Notes: generated from the sequence alone by a model not told the origin. A stretch of DNA of 64,000 nucleotides from Tubulanus polymorphus (GCF_964204645.1 NC_134025.1:26454299-26518298), one strand, 5' to 3'; shown: positions 14,301 through 27,841, counted from the first letter of the stretch. Program-made: numbers and translations.

Positions 14301-17300
14301 ATATTTCAAGTTCGTTAATGAAATGATAAATATCAGAATATCAGAAATTTTCAGGTACCACCACGATGTACTTTTTTATATGTGTTGTATCACAAATGAA
14401 AATCATTATGTATACGGACGAATATATTCATGATTAGCCATTCATACTGTGTCTCGGTAACATTGGCCTCATATGGGCAATAATATAACCCGCTCAATCT
14501 GATAGATTACTTCTGATAGAAAAATCATAAAAATGTCACCTCCGCCAATGTCACCATAGCGCCGTCTCATTTCCACTATCGAGATTTAATCGTTACAAAA
14601 AGATGAAACTTAGCAGTTTTTGTCGTGACATACTTTGATGATCTTATCCGGGCATTAAGACCGTAGATGCCAACCCTTTGAGGAATGCACCACGATTTGA
14701 GGAATAGTTTTTTTGGGGGAAATATTTTTTTGCCTTGCTGAGCCTCTCTTAGTCTACAGAAATTTTCATCTAGTAACCCCAACATTAATTATTCTTTGAA
14801 GATGTGTTTGGCTGACGGTTCAGTGATTTTCTAGCTATTTTTGAGTGTACTTTAGTTCCTTCTATCAAACATTTGAATTGACATGAGTGCTATTAAAATG
14901 TGTTGGCTGAACTGCAATGATGTTTGTAGAATTATTGTAAGAGAAATAAACATGTCTCAATTATTTGCTTCATATTTTCCATGCATTCATTAATTACCAG
15001 TTTTTATGTATGTTTTTCTCCTAAATCAAATAAAATGCATGATGAGAGACAAGCGATGGAATATGTACTGATAAATACCAATATTCTAAAATCGCAATGC
15101 ATTGTCGGATCTTTCCCATGCGAAGGATTAATCGTAATACGTGTTTATGCTACTGTGTCCTACGGATTGCAGGTGTAACTCGCTGGACTTATAAAGTATT
15201 CATATGCAGACTACATGCTGTGTGATTGTTTGTTTTCCATGATTATATCACCTGTAAATATATGACGCGTTCTATTACTGTTTTACGTGCAATCTCATTT
15301 GAGACATTCTGGACGTGTTCGATGATGAACAACATTGACTCACTGTCGGTTAATGTGTCCACGGGAAATCTTGATCATAGAAATATGAATGATGGATGAC
15401 CAGATATGATGGATCATCATCCGGTATAGGATAAGAAGCACACTATAGACGATGGTATGCTAAGAATTCACTTGTTTGGGTTAATTAGCAGTGGACAATC
15501 ATATATTCAAAGAACATTTTTAGTTATCGTTATATATCTTAGCTAAAAGACTGCATTTTGCAAAGAGATTCTGTATTACCTCCGGTTTTACTTCATTGCT
15601 TTAAATGATGCCCGAAGCAATTATCATCTATTTGATGCAGCTCTACAGCAGCAGCAGCACTATTTTTAATAACAATACTGAGAGTCATCTTGCGTCGGCC
15701 ATTTTTCTGTGGGGCCCTTCAATGGACATTTCAAATGTGACAACCGAGGCAATTAGTGGATAGTTCTGTTGCTGACAGGTTCTTTCAAGTACCATACATT
15801 CTATGCTCCTTTTGTCATTTTTTGTGTCTGTCAGTAAAAAAATCCTGATGTAGAGATGACATTTGTACAATGAGCATTTCGTATAGACCATGTTTTAATG
15901 ACACACAATGTATCCTGGTGGTTGATGCCTATTTAGCATCACCCTTTGAGGGCCATTACTCGGAGCCATTTACCATTACCTGCTGAATTATTCGTCTTCG
16001 TTGAATTTGCAAATTTTGTTAGAAGTATCTGAGAAATGATGCCTTCCAAAATGTGTAATTATGTAAGTGTGTATCTTTATAAAAACTATAAATCAGTCCA
16101 CATATAATAGATATGATTGTATTTGATTTGTATGATGTATGAACCATACCCCTGCAGCTTACCATGACACGATGTGAACAACATCATCCCTTACTGTGGT
16201 CAATAATCTACCAATAAATTACACATGGATCAGCTGGATCAACAGTCCCTGCAGCGGAAGCTTTAATACTGATTAAACTTGAATGAACGCAATCTAATAT
16301 ATCCTTGTTTAAGTAGTCGACTACACAAAGATCCGTTGCGAGAAGACTTTTCATTATTATCCCCTTTTCAGGTTCTTCTGATTTGAAGCGATAACAATCA
16401 ATATATATGATGATTGAAATTCATTTGCTTTATATTATTTTATTCTATTTTAGGGGCTTCGTCCCTAACAGTCTTAAAACGCTCGAACTCACGGTGCAAA
16501 AATCCGACAACTTCACGTACACCCAGTGAAGTCAGTATCGACAGCGATAGCCAAACCTATGCAACTCTCGACTTGGGGACTGAGAAATTACCTCCAATAG
16601 ATACCCCAGAAGCATCACACGTATGCTCAATAAGGTAAACAATAGTTCATTGTATCTATACTGCATTGAATATTAATTATGAAGATCATACACAATGCTT
16701 CTATCATTTCAAACAAAAGCCCTTTAGTACAAATGTAGAAAGTGCTCCTTGATTTATTGATGACGTAAATGATATCGTGCTGTCCCAGTCTTCGATTAGT
16801 TTCAATAAATCGTTCCTCCGTATATAGTCCGTAGAAAACAAGCGTTGAATGACTTTATTTTATTACAGGTTAAAATATTTAGTAAAACGATTAGAAAAAG
16901 ATGATTTATCAAAAGAGGATATAATAAAGAATTTGGTATACGCGGCATCAGTATTAGAAACTGTGTACATAGATGAAACCAGGTACAGTATACTATGCAT
17001 GTGTACTATATGCATGTCTGAATTATCATATCTTTGCTATTCCTCTCCACCCAATCCGATCTTGCAAATTCTGTGCTCTATTCAACGAACTGTTAAGTGA
17101 TAAAAAGGTTACTTTCTTAAATACCGTGATTTAGTAGCTTTAATGGAAGCAATGCGAATTATACACATTAATGAAAGTTAAAGCATTATTATCGAGCAAA
17201 AAGAGGTTCTATGAAATGCATTCATTCTGCGATATTTATTATCTGTCGCCACTTTTGATTTCCCTTCGTTATTGTTCCGCGGACTCTTATCGAGGATAAG

Positions 17301-20300
17301 AACGAACCATTCTAAAAACACATTTTCTCCAGAGATCATTGTTTCAAATGCACATTAGCTGTTCCTTGATATGTTAGTGATGTAAATAAATCTCTCTGAG
17401 CAAAATCCACCTCGCATTCCCTTGCATCAAAGCACAATGAAACTGTTGTTGTCTTGTTGGCATGGCAACAATATTGGTCATGTGACCAAGCACATCTCCT
17501 CTTAAAGCACTTAAACTTTTAGCATATTCATTTTCCATTAAAGAATGCATCCGATTAAAGATATATAGATATATCAGTAGTAGCCTCCTCTTTTTGCAAC
17601 TTTCTATGATATCACACTTTCTAAATATCTGATCTTAGCTGCAATTGTCACTTAAATGGCTCTCATTTTTAGGTTCTGTAAAAAGTGATATTCTTTCAAA
17701 TAGCGCGATTGCATGATTACGTCAATATATCATACATATATCTGCTTTATGTCACTTATATTTAGGGAGAACGTGCATGCTAGTTATGCTGATGACACAT
17801 CCCAAGATGGCACGACTTCCGACCCCGCTGATGATTCTAAACCCATCGGTCTTTCCCGTGTAACATTCCAGTTAGTTACACCACAGAAGAGTACAAGGAG
17901 AAGGTGTTCCATCATTTCTTGCTTTGCACTAATATTCCCTTAACCAATTTATCATTATCATTTAATTACTATTAATCAATATTGGTATATCAACATTGCC
18001 ATTATAACAGTTATATCTTCTCGATTCATTCTTTTCACTTTGTTGCACTGTTTGCTGGTTTATCTTGATTGGACAAATCTCTATATACCTGTAGTTTCGT
18101 TATCACTATCTTCATTTATCATTTTATCAACAAAACTTCTTTTACTTTCGTATCTTGACTTCCGCTGGTCCACCTGTTTTACGCTTTTGCAAAAAGTATT
18201 ATCCCTTTGCTAACCTATGTCATTTCACTTCCCGATTAATTATCATTATAAATTCCTTTCCAATTGTGTATAAAACCCTTAGTACAAAAAATCGTTGTTT
18301 ATATCTGCTATGATTCGACTTAACTGGCGTAATGACGTATTTTTGCATTAAAAATGATGGATTTCTTGTTACGGCTGGATATTGCCGTAGAACGCCCAAC
18401 TAATAGCACCAATCTTGAAACCAATTGTGGCAAATGGCCATCCTAATCCGTCCCGCCACTTAGTATGTATGCAAGGTACATGGACTGCATCCTAATTCTT
18501 GATTGGCGAAAACAGCTTAAAAACATCGGTTCTAGTGAGCACATATCACTCATAAATGCATTATAAGTCTTATTGAAGATATTTCCGTGGAACGAAAAAA
18601 ATTGTTAAAAGAAAGAATCCAGTTACTCCTTTAGATAATATTTTCTTGCAGACATCTATGGAAACCAATGTTATCTGTGTCCGGGTATGTGGTGGTATTC
18701 ATTTCTCTTCACATGCTTTTTCACGTTAAAATGCCATCATACAAAAGGTTTCACGCAGTTCAGTGTGGTGGTGTAATTTTTCAGTAAAAGTTGTACGTAC
18801 AGTGTGAACGTGTTGTCATGACTTCGTACACTTTTTAATGGTGTCTTGTCCGGTGATGATAGTGAAGTGCTCAATGATGACGTCCAGACATTAATGAACA
18901 AATATCATTAACTAACGTGCTAAGAACCCCTTCATCTAAACCCCTCTACCGACCATTATGATTTTGATCTCAGATTTTATCAATTTTCATCTGAATTGCT
19001 GCTTCTCAAAGCTATCCAAACTATCTCCCAACTATTTCTCTGTAGCATAGCATAATCTTTTTTTCAACAGCATCTAATACAAACGCTTCCGACTTCTATT
19101 CTTTTCACCAACAAAAATCAGTGACGTCGTTCTAACCGCTATTAGAAATATTTTCCTTCTTGAATATTAACTTGTTATTATCTTAAGTCTCATTGTTGTT
19201 CCTACTTGGATTCCATGTGTTCTCTTCCACATCGTTATCCAGATCATTTGAATCATAAAGCAGGCTGATCAGTGGACATGGAACAACCCTATCTATTCCA
19301 TTCTGTGGTTCAACTAACAGTAACTTCCTTGTGGTTGTCTCTTTTATACTAACCCAAATGTCTTTCAATAGGTTCGCCGATAATCTTATGTTTTATTACG
19401 TTCTTTTTTGTCTGCCATGATGATCGGATAAGGACAAGCATGGACTACTATCTCTTCTCATTTTATGGCAGCTTACTAACTGATTCTATGATGAAAAAGT
19501 ACATTTTGGTCAAATGCTTGTCCTGTTCCTGTGGCATATCATAGTATGGTATCCTGTGAACAAGTACAGTACAGTGCGTCTTGGCTTAAGGATTTTGTTT
19601 TTGTTGTTGTTTCGCATAGTCCTATAAGATTTCAATCCATTTTGCGAAAGTCTGATTTGGTAGGTATGTTGATTATTTGAACTGAATTGAATCATCACAC
19701 AAGAGATGTCCTCTTTTTCCTGGCCATATCATTCTACTCTCATTCATGTTGAATTATATTTTTGTTTGTACTAAACATTTGTTCTTATAAGGATTTGATT
19801 TATATACAACCATTTTGTAGTTTATTTAGCACATAAATGCATCATGAAAAAGAACTTGTTTAACCTTTTTTTTTCTCATAACACTTTACTCACTGATGGT
19901 TTTCTACTAATATATAACTGGAATGAAAAGTCTGGCATTTCAACTTTCATAAATTAAGTATATACATGCATGCATGCCTTTGTACTCGTAATATCTAAAT
20001 AAGGATAATGAAAATAATCTAAAACGCAATTTAGTCTTGAAAACCTTTCTGATAATACTATTTGTATGATATGACATCATGGTTTTGAGTTCACGCTTCT
20101 GTGATTTAATATTAACCTACGTGATATGCTTTTAGTGTCACAAGCCTGTTAGGGCTATGAAATGTATCTTCTTCCTTCTAAGATCAACGCAGAGAATCAT
20201 AGATAAAATATGAGATAAACTGCTTTAGTTCTATAATTGATAATTGATGAATAAAATATGTTAACGATATTCAAGAAAACAAAGAAATAAAATTCTTTTC

Positions 20301-23300
20301 ATTGTTGAAGACAATACCTATTTAAACGTTCTATTTTTGCTTTTCAGGAGGCTTTGCGATGAAGATGACGAGCTATCAGAAGTTGAACCCGATGCAGTGC
20401 CAACGGAAGTGCGGGATTGGTTAGCCTTGACTTTCACTCGCTCGATGAGCAATATGAAGAGACGCGGCGAAGAAAAGCCCAAATTTCGTAGCGTCGCGCA
20501 TGCTATACGAGCTGGCATCATGGTTGATAGGTAGTTTGATGTATCCTATTTATCATTGAGACCGAATCAACCTACCTCATTGTACTGACTTAATCGTTCT
20601 TCACAAGAAAGAAATTAAAAATCTTCATTAGATTAAATCGTCATTTTCTCATTTGCGTCGGCTTTGAAGTTAGTTAATGGAGTTAATCCTTTTTTGTTTT
20701 TCAGAATATACCGACGAATGTCTAGTTCTGTTGGGTTACACGTTCCACCTACTGTATTAATTCATCTAAAGGTAGCGCTATATTCTTCCCATTTGGCTTT
20801 TCATTCATTTCATATAAAAAATATTTTCTTCCTATGATGTACCCTTCCCTCAATATATCATACAAAATACAAAATGATTAGTAATTTCATGCAATGGCAA
20901 AAAGTCCCCCACACGTTCATAGATACGAATACATATTACCGTTTGAAGGACTATTGTGGGTGCAATTTCCATTAACGGTTTGCCTTTGGACCAAATACTT
21001 TTCACGTTTTAGAGTATGGATGAGTGGTCATTTGACGTTTTTGCTGCAAACGACTCAGGAGATGGACATGTACTCAAATATATTGGTTACGAACTGCTTC
21101 AAAGATATGATTTAATACATAAATACAAGGTACTGGTGCGATTATTGATGATCTACAGTCCCCGCGTCCTGGCTATATTCATGATATAGGAAAATGTATT
21201 GCATCACTTGTTGCACATGTATTGATTGAAATTCTAGATTATCAGATTGTATAAGGCATAAATCAATGCAATCTGCTTACATGGCTAAACACAACATATA
21301 GTTTGTAACTGCTGGCATCTAACTTATAAAGGAGAACATATTGTAAATTTAATAGCTCACTTTTGCTGACAACTTACTGAATTGTATGCGTTTCACGTTG
21401 CGGATCGAGGGGCGATATCTGTCGCAATCAAAAAATGGTTTAAAATTGCCTTTTATCAGACAGTATCGATTATTAAGCATTGATCGTGGCATTATTTACG
21501 ACCAGTTTTGTTTTTTCTTATGTTTTCCAACTATTGATGTATTACAGATCAATACCAACACATTAGAGAACTTCCTAGGTGCGTTAGAAACCGGTTACAG
21601 CAAGCATAAAAACCCGTACCACAACCTTATTCATGCTGCAGATGTGGCACAGACGACATACCATATCATATCACACAGTCGATTAGTGGTAAGTTGCCCA
21701 TATCGATATGGCTTACCGTTTTACCTCGTCGATTAGCTTCTTATTCTTTTATTCATGACTTTGTCGGAAAGCTCTCCATACTTTGTAGCGTGGTGGCTTT
21801 CTTGAGCTTTACATATAGAACACCCTGTCTGGTGTCATGCATCGGAATGAGATACTTGTAAAAACCTTGGCTTTATACTTGTATTATTGTTGATGTTTCT
21901 TTTCACAGCATTGGCTAACAGATCTAGAAATCTTCGCTGTGATAGTTGCTGCTTGCATCCATGATTATGAACACACGGGAACGACAAATAATTTCCATAT
22001 AAATACGAAGTATGGCGTTTAAACCTACATAGCTCATGCCAGATAAACCTGAGAAATGTTTATCTTGTATATCATGCTCGTGTCGTTTCAGTTCTGATGT
22101 AGCCTTACTTTACAACGACCGAGCTGTTTTAGAAAATCATCACATCAGCGCTTCATTCAAAATGATGCGGGAAGATGATCATAATATCCTTACAAACCTC
22201 AGTCGAGAAGAATACAGGTTTGTTTACATTGTCACAGATCGTATAAGATCTACTGTTATTTCAGGCAAATGTGAATACATTTCTCATTAATTTCATTTCC
22301 ATTACAGAGAGTTCCGCTCTTTAGTCATAGAAATGGTTTTAGCCACGGATATGTCTTACCATTTCCAACAAATAAAAAATATGAAGAATCTCCTTAGTAT
22401 GCCAGAAAAGTAAGCATTAATTCTGTCTGATATGATTGAATGGCACAATGTCCATGCCCATCTTCTTCTTATTCCTGCTCTACGTATGAACCTCTGTGAA
22501 AGTTTGGTAAAAGATTACCCTTTGTACATAAACATCATTACTTATATGTATTTGGCTATGCGTTTATACGTGTGTGCACAATTTCTTCTCGCTCACATTA
22601 ACTGTAAGATATACATATGAATATATATCTTGAATTTGCACAATTTTAACCTTCGTTTTTCAAGCTTCACTCAGCACATGACTACCTAATGAAACTGCTG
22701 TATACTGTGTACAAACTGTCCTTTCAATAAAACGTATACATGTAAATTTCTTTATGTACTTTAACATTTGTAATCCTCCATCTACTTTTAGAATGGATTA
22801 CATCACATCAATTTTTAAGAACGATATCAATGTTTTCTGCATTTTTTAAAATATCTACCATATGAATGTGTTCATAATATTGCTGATTGGTCCTCCTTAC
22901 AGGCGAAATATTCAAGTGAACAGTTTCACATCATGGGAAACCTTACTGCCACAGGGGTATATTAACACAAACCTCGTATACTTTTTCAATTTTTCTTCAT
23001 AGAAATCATTCAGCCCAAGTTGATTTAATCTGCTTTAATCTGTGGTTTTTTGAATTAGGTTTTTATCATTGCTGTCCTCAATGGGTTAGTTGCTTGTGAA
23101 TATCATTTTTCAAGTTCTGCGCTAATGTGCAACAACTTTTTGAGGACAGCGTTAATTGTCTGTCTGTTGAAAGAAATACAATATTTTTAGAGTTAGGTAG
23201 GGTGTATGTACTTTGATTTTATCGAAAGTTAAGTGTTAAAGTAAGAGCTATTTACTTTGCATTTTAACATTCCGTTGCTGTACTTTTTGTAACATCTAAG

Positions 23301-26300
23301 TATAGATTCAAAGAACAGTCTTAAGTGATTTACCGCTTTCTTGGGTTGAATGATAGATTCACATCACACCATTTCAATTTCAAATTTCATTTCACAGTCA
23401 GTATTACGGACACTAAGTTCATCAGTATCTGTCTACTACAGAACTGCTCAACACTAGCTACCTCATTCATTCCATATTCGCTGTAACACCTTTCCTGCCT
23501 TGTACATATATTACCTCAACTAACAACTATCAATTCAAACATTCACTTTGAATATTCACAGGCTTTTTCAGCCTTTTTATATAGCCATTATGCATAGCAT
23601 AATCGCTGACTGCATTACATTCTCATTCGACTGTAACACTTTGCAATATGATGCCATCACAACTTGCAAATGTCACCATTTTTAAGCTCTTCTCTAAAAA
23701 TGTTCAACAATTCTTTCAATAAATATTTTTTTATTTTGTGTATGCATCGAACCAACTGGAATGATAGTGTAGGAAATTAATTTTGCCACCTTATTTGATT
23801 ACTTATCGGGTAAACCCTTTACTCTGAAGTTTGATATTTACCAGTAACATGTCTATCATAAGTCTAGATTAGGAGAATTTGGTTTATTTCTTGAATTGCA
23901 TGATACGTTTTGTATATATTGACTCTTACGGTAGATTTGTTGAACTACTATAGCTGTAGCGTCTTGTATATATTAATCATTAAATCATAAGATATATATT
24001 TACAATATTCTACGATGGAAATATTTGGAAAATTTACATATAAGATTATGTATTTTGTACTTATATTTGAATATTTTGTCATGTTCTAGCATCGATAAGG
24101 GTAAAGCATTATCCCTAGTTCTCCACTGTGCTGATATAAGCCACCCAGCAAAAGACTGGGGTCTTCACCACCGATGGACATCACTACTGCTGGAAGAATT
24201 CTTCAGACAGGTACAGGTTTTTCATTTACGAATATTTCAAGTTGATTGTTATGGCTTGTGATTGACGGCTTATCTATGAATGGAGCATAATCTACTGTGA
24301 ATGTATTTCTGTGTACGCGCATCATCATTATTTAATTCATCTTTCTACAGGGTGATAGAGAACAAGAATTGGGACTTCCATTTTCACCATTGTGTGACAG
24401 GAAAAATACATTAGTCGCTGAATCTCAAATAGGTAAATCCATTGTATAAATCCTCTTGGGCCGCTGGAGTGGAATAACTTTAGGACTTACTTTGAACGAA
24501 ATCCAAGTCTGTTTCATCATTTGCCAATGGTTCTTGATTATCCAATCTAAGCCCAAGCATTAACAATGAAATCAACCTTTCCTGACAAGCAATGAAAGAA
24601 TGAGTGTCGACCCTTTTAGGTTTCATTGACTTCATCGTGGATCCTAGTTTCCAAGTGATGGGCGATATGCTAGAGAAGATTTTAGTACCGTTACACCAGC
24701 CACATATGTCAACTCGTCAGGTATCTGGGGCAATCGAAGAGATTCCTGAGAAACAAGATCGCAGCACTAGTACTACGAGCTTAGGTAGCCGTCCGAATAC
24801 GCCTAAATCGGCGTTAGGTAGGTTTGGTAAGTAACACAAGTTTTCAACAGCTCTGCTCTGTGGCACTTGTGGTACTAACCCTTCCTTACTTTATTTAAAC
24901 CTAACCTATTATGCGCCGCTTGCAAATGATTTTTATCTAGAAATGTTAATTTGAAATATAATCGAATGAAGATTATTAATTATCATGTCTTCGTTTACGT
25001 ATTTTTTAGTTTTTGTTGTGTTTTTTTTAACTGTATTTATACTAATACCTGCATTGATTATAATGTATGTTTGTTTTGATAATTATATTATAAATAAACT
25101 GATGAATGAATCATGCATGTGTCTTAGCTAGAAAATATATGTGGTATACTGCTACTGACCTGAAATGATTAAGGAATCTGGCAAAAATATTTATTTACGT
25201 TTTATTGTCTTATATGTTGTCATCTATGAAAGCTTTCTATAGAGTAATGTATGAGTGCGTATGTATGTTTCAGTTCTAACATCCATGAAACGATTTCAAA
25301 TGAGAGGACAACTCTCTCCAAGACAAATCAAGGGTCTGGATCAATATCTCAATGTTAAATATCACCTATTTTAGAATTCTAATCACTTACGATGTACTGT
25401 ACTCGGAATGTATAGGATTTTGATTTTAATACGGGCATCGATCTTACATAATTCTAGATGTTTAGGCCTAATTGGGAACTTCGGCATTTACTTCTCACTT
25501 AGATTTGGCTGGCACAATCTAATTGGAAATTAGTGAGATGTAGTTAAATTCGTGTTAAGATAGATATTTCGTATGTGTTGCTGAGAGATTTTCTGATTCC
25601 AAAGTAAATCTTCAAGACGAAACTTGATACCTTGCAGATATAGAACGTGTGTGTGTGCTTCATTGTATATCACTGATGTATGACATATTCATTTTCATGG
25701 ATTTCAGGTGGTCGATATGAATTAGATCGTTGTTGGACACCACCTCTGTTACACAATAAAGGTCTATGGAAAGAACGAGCTATAAAAGGTACTTGTTCTT
25801 CAAGTTGCGGAATGTACAGTTCCATCTTTTTTCCATTTGTCCTTTGAACCGCTGGGCCCTCTTACAAATTATTGCTGTTTACAGATGCATCACTAAGAAC
25901 GCCTAGCTCAGGAGATCCACCTGCCAACTTAAGTACCAATGCCAAAGAAAAAGTTGCCGACAATAAGGCGGTTACCAATTCGCAGCCCGTTGCCGCCGGT
26001 GACGCTGATTCAGGAGTAGATTCCCCTAAAGATACTGACGAAAAGCAGCCTGATACCACACACACAACAAAAGGTAATGCTATTCTAATAGATACATGTA
26101 ACTTATTAGATGTGACCATTTTATGAATATATAATTGAAACAGATAATTGAATGAATGAACTTCCGGAATTTGATAATATTACTATGTTATTTAATACTC
26201 TTCAAGAGTCATAGTGCTCCATACCAAGGCATCGTATTCACCGATATACATTTCTCTTATTGCAAACTACGTGCATCAGATTAGAAACAAATGCCTGGAC

Positions 26301-26993
26301 CCTAATAAAAGTATGATATGAGAATAGTAACCTGTAGAACACATTCTTGAACGTTTGCGTCACTAGAGCTTGAATCATTTCGTACTCCGACGATATGTAA
26401 ATGAGCAAAAAACTTTTTTCACATCAAATGCTGGCTCTAATTCACCATGTAGATGAAATCATATTTATTTGTTTCTATGTGGATCTCTCACACTGCATGG
26501 ACTCAATGTTTGAAATGCACATTACCGCTATATTGAGTACAGTTTATATGAAATATAGATACCGATGTAATCCCGTTACTATTTTATACATTTTTAAATA
26601 AGTGTATAACACCTTTCACACCTTCCTTCCAATGTATATAGATAATTCGTAGAATTCTCCTACGTGGGCACTACCTTCTCAAATTGAACGGTAAGTTGTG
26701 CATGTTGCTCTTAATTCACTGCTTAATTATTTACAACTCCTGGTAATTATCCACATTTTTACATACGTAATACGATTAATACGATCTAAGAACTGCCGTT
26801 GATGTAATTGCCAAATCTATCTTAATACTTACAAACAATATTTCCATACCCAGTTTTGAGTATGGGACCAGTTTTGGATGCGTTTCATGCATATTCTATG
26901 TGGTTTGCTTATTTCATTACAGTTAGCCGCCCGACATCAGTGACAGGACTCCGAGATGAGCTAGATAGGCCAGACTCTACTGATGACAATTAG
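2398..26993 (+). CDS. PDE1: Ca2+/calmodulin-dependent 3',5'-cyclic nucleotide phosphodiesterase 1 (PDE1 family), about 745 aa, 16 predicted coding exons
   Basis: Phase-consistent GT-AG exons: 2398-2761 (least certain), 16454-16634, 16869-16982, 20348-20530, 20705-20771, 21013-21129, 21548-21688, 21909-22009, 22092-22217, 22308-22409, 24090-24210, 24351-24432, 24620-24817, 25708-25788, 25885-26073, 26923-26993 (TAG); total 2238 nt. PDE1 N-terminal motifs RLKYLVKRLE..YAASVLETVYIDETRRL, VPTEVRDWLALTFTR and KPKFRSVAHAIRAGI. Catalytic motifs PYHNLIHAADV, HDYEHTGTTNNF, YNDRAVLENHH, LATDMSYH, LHCADISHPAK, EEFFRQGDRE, SQIGFIDFIV. Confidence 0.95.
11299..11333. repeat. Short imperfect (GCT)n trinucleotide run
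   Basis: tcgctgctgctactgctgctgccgctgctgctg, inside PDE1 intron 1. Confidence 0.7.
17456..17469. promoter_or_regulatory. RFX X-box-like site within a PDE1 intron
   Basis: GTTGGCATGGCAAC differs by one base from the palindrome GTTGCCATGGCAAC; followed immediately by ATTGG (reverse CCAAT) and GGTCATGTGACC (E-box-like). Confidence 0.4.
17766..17870 (+). CDS. Candidate PDE1 cassette or alternative first exon (phase 2-2; second donor option at 17903)
   Basis: Acceptor atatttag at 17765. Open frame (R)ENVHASYADDTSQDGTTSDPADDSKPIGLSRVTFQ. Donors CA|GTTAGT (105 nt) and AG|GTGTTC (138 nt) both keep the frame between exons 16869-16982 and 20348-20530. In-frame ATGs lie upstream at 17713 and 17749. Confidence 0.55.
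18652..18684 (+). CDS. Candidate 33-nt PDE1 microexon (phase 2-2)
   Basis: Strong acceptor ttttcttgcag and strong donor GG|GTATGT; in frame, no stop, reads (R)HLWKPMLSVS(G). Confidence 0.5.
22903..22956 (+). CDS. Candidate 54-nt PDE1 cassette exon inside the catalytic domain (phase 2-2)
   Basis: Branch-like ctgat plus acceptor tcctccttacag; reads (K)RNIQVNSFTSWETLLPQ(G); donor GG|GTATAT is moderate; frame-preserving. Confidence 0.4.
25274..25333 (+). CDS. Candidate 60-nt PDE1 cassette exon (phase 1-1)
   Basis: Acceptor tatgtttcag; reads (V)LTSMKRFQMRGQLSPRQIK(G); weak donor G|GTCTGG; frame-preserving between exons 24620-24817 and 25708-25788. Confidence 0.35.
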
Positions 26994-27797
26994 TCAGATA
27001 TGAGCGTGGAGTATAGTGCATCTTGATCTTGAAACATACAAAATAATAATAGAAAACGTTGTTAGACGTCATGGATGTGGTGTTCCTGGTATGAAAATAC
27101 ATATACCGAATGCAGAGACTGTGATACAATACCATGAATACATTTCTTGAAATTGCATGTATGCTAGCTTAGGATACAATATGTTATCGTATCCAAGTTT
27201 AATTCATTCAGGAAAACAGGGTATAATTTACATTGTGTGCCGTATCTAGATTTACTGAAATTCCGTTGATTATGTTAATACACTTATTCTACAATCAATT
27301 ATACGAAGATTTGTGCATATATATTAGGATTATATTTCATTTCATTACATATATTCGATTTACTATCTTTCCAATTTGGTTGCAGGTAATGCGAGAGGAA
27401 CATTTTCAAACATTAAAGATATATCAAATCATTATATGAACATTGTACCAACGACGTAGCTCAGTATTAAGTTGGATTTGAAAAGGGAATCTCAGCGTCA
27501 TAATTGAATTAGTAATAAGCAGCCAAAAAATATCGAACCTTGTTTTCCTGAATGTTTCACAGTAACTACTTTCATCGTATACGATGCGATGATCGTGGGC
27601 ACAGTTACGTATATCGAATGTATGAATATAGATTTGCTCTTCTTCATACATTGCTGTCCTCGCGGAAAGAATTGTCAATGATGAGTGTGTCATTATACAG
27701 ATATAGAATTTGATGTGTTGTTGGTAAATAAGTGAGACAAATCATAAGAATGTTGGATTCTGCTGCTGCTTATACATAAATGAAACGAATATATAGT

Positions 27798-27800
<3 letters not shown>

Positions 27801-27838
<38 letters not shown>
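27801..27838. repeat. (TA)n microsatellite
   Basis: About 19 perfect TA units. Confidence 0.98.

Positions 27839-27841
<3 letters not shown>

Noticed and set aside
16036-16062. MMPSKMCNY followed by a GTAAGT donor as a PDE1 first exon
   Set aside because: The donor is phase 0 while the next exon needs phase 1.
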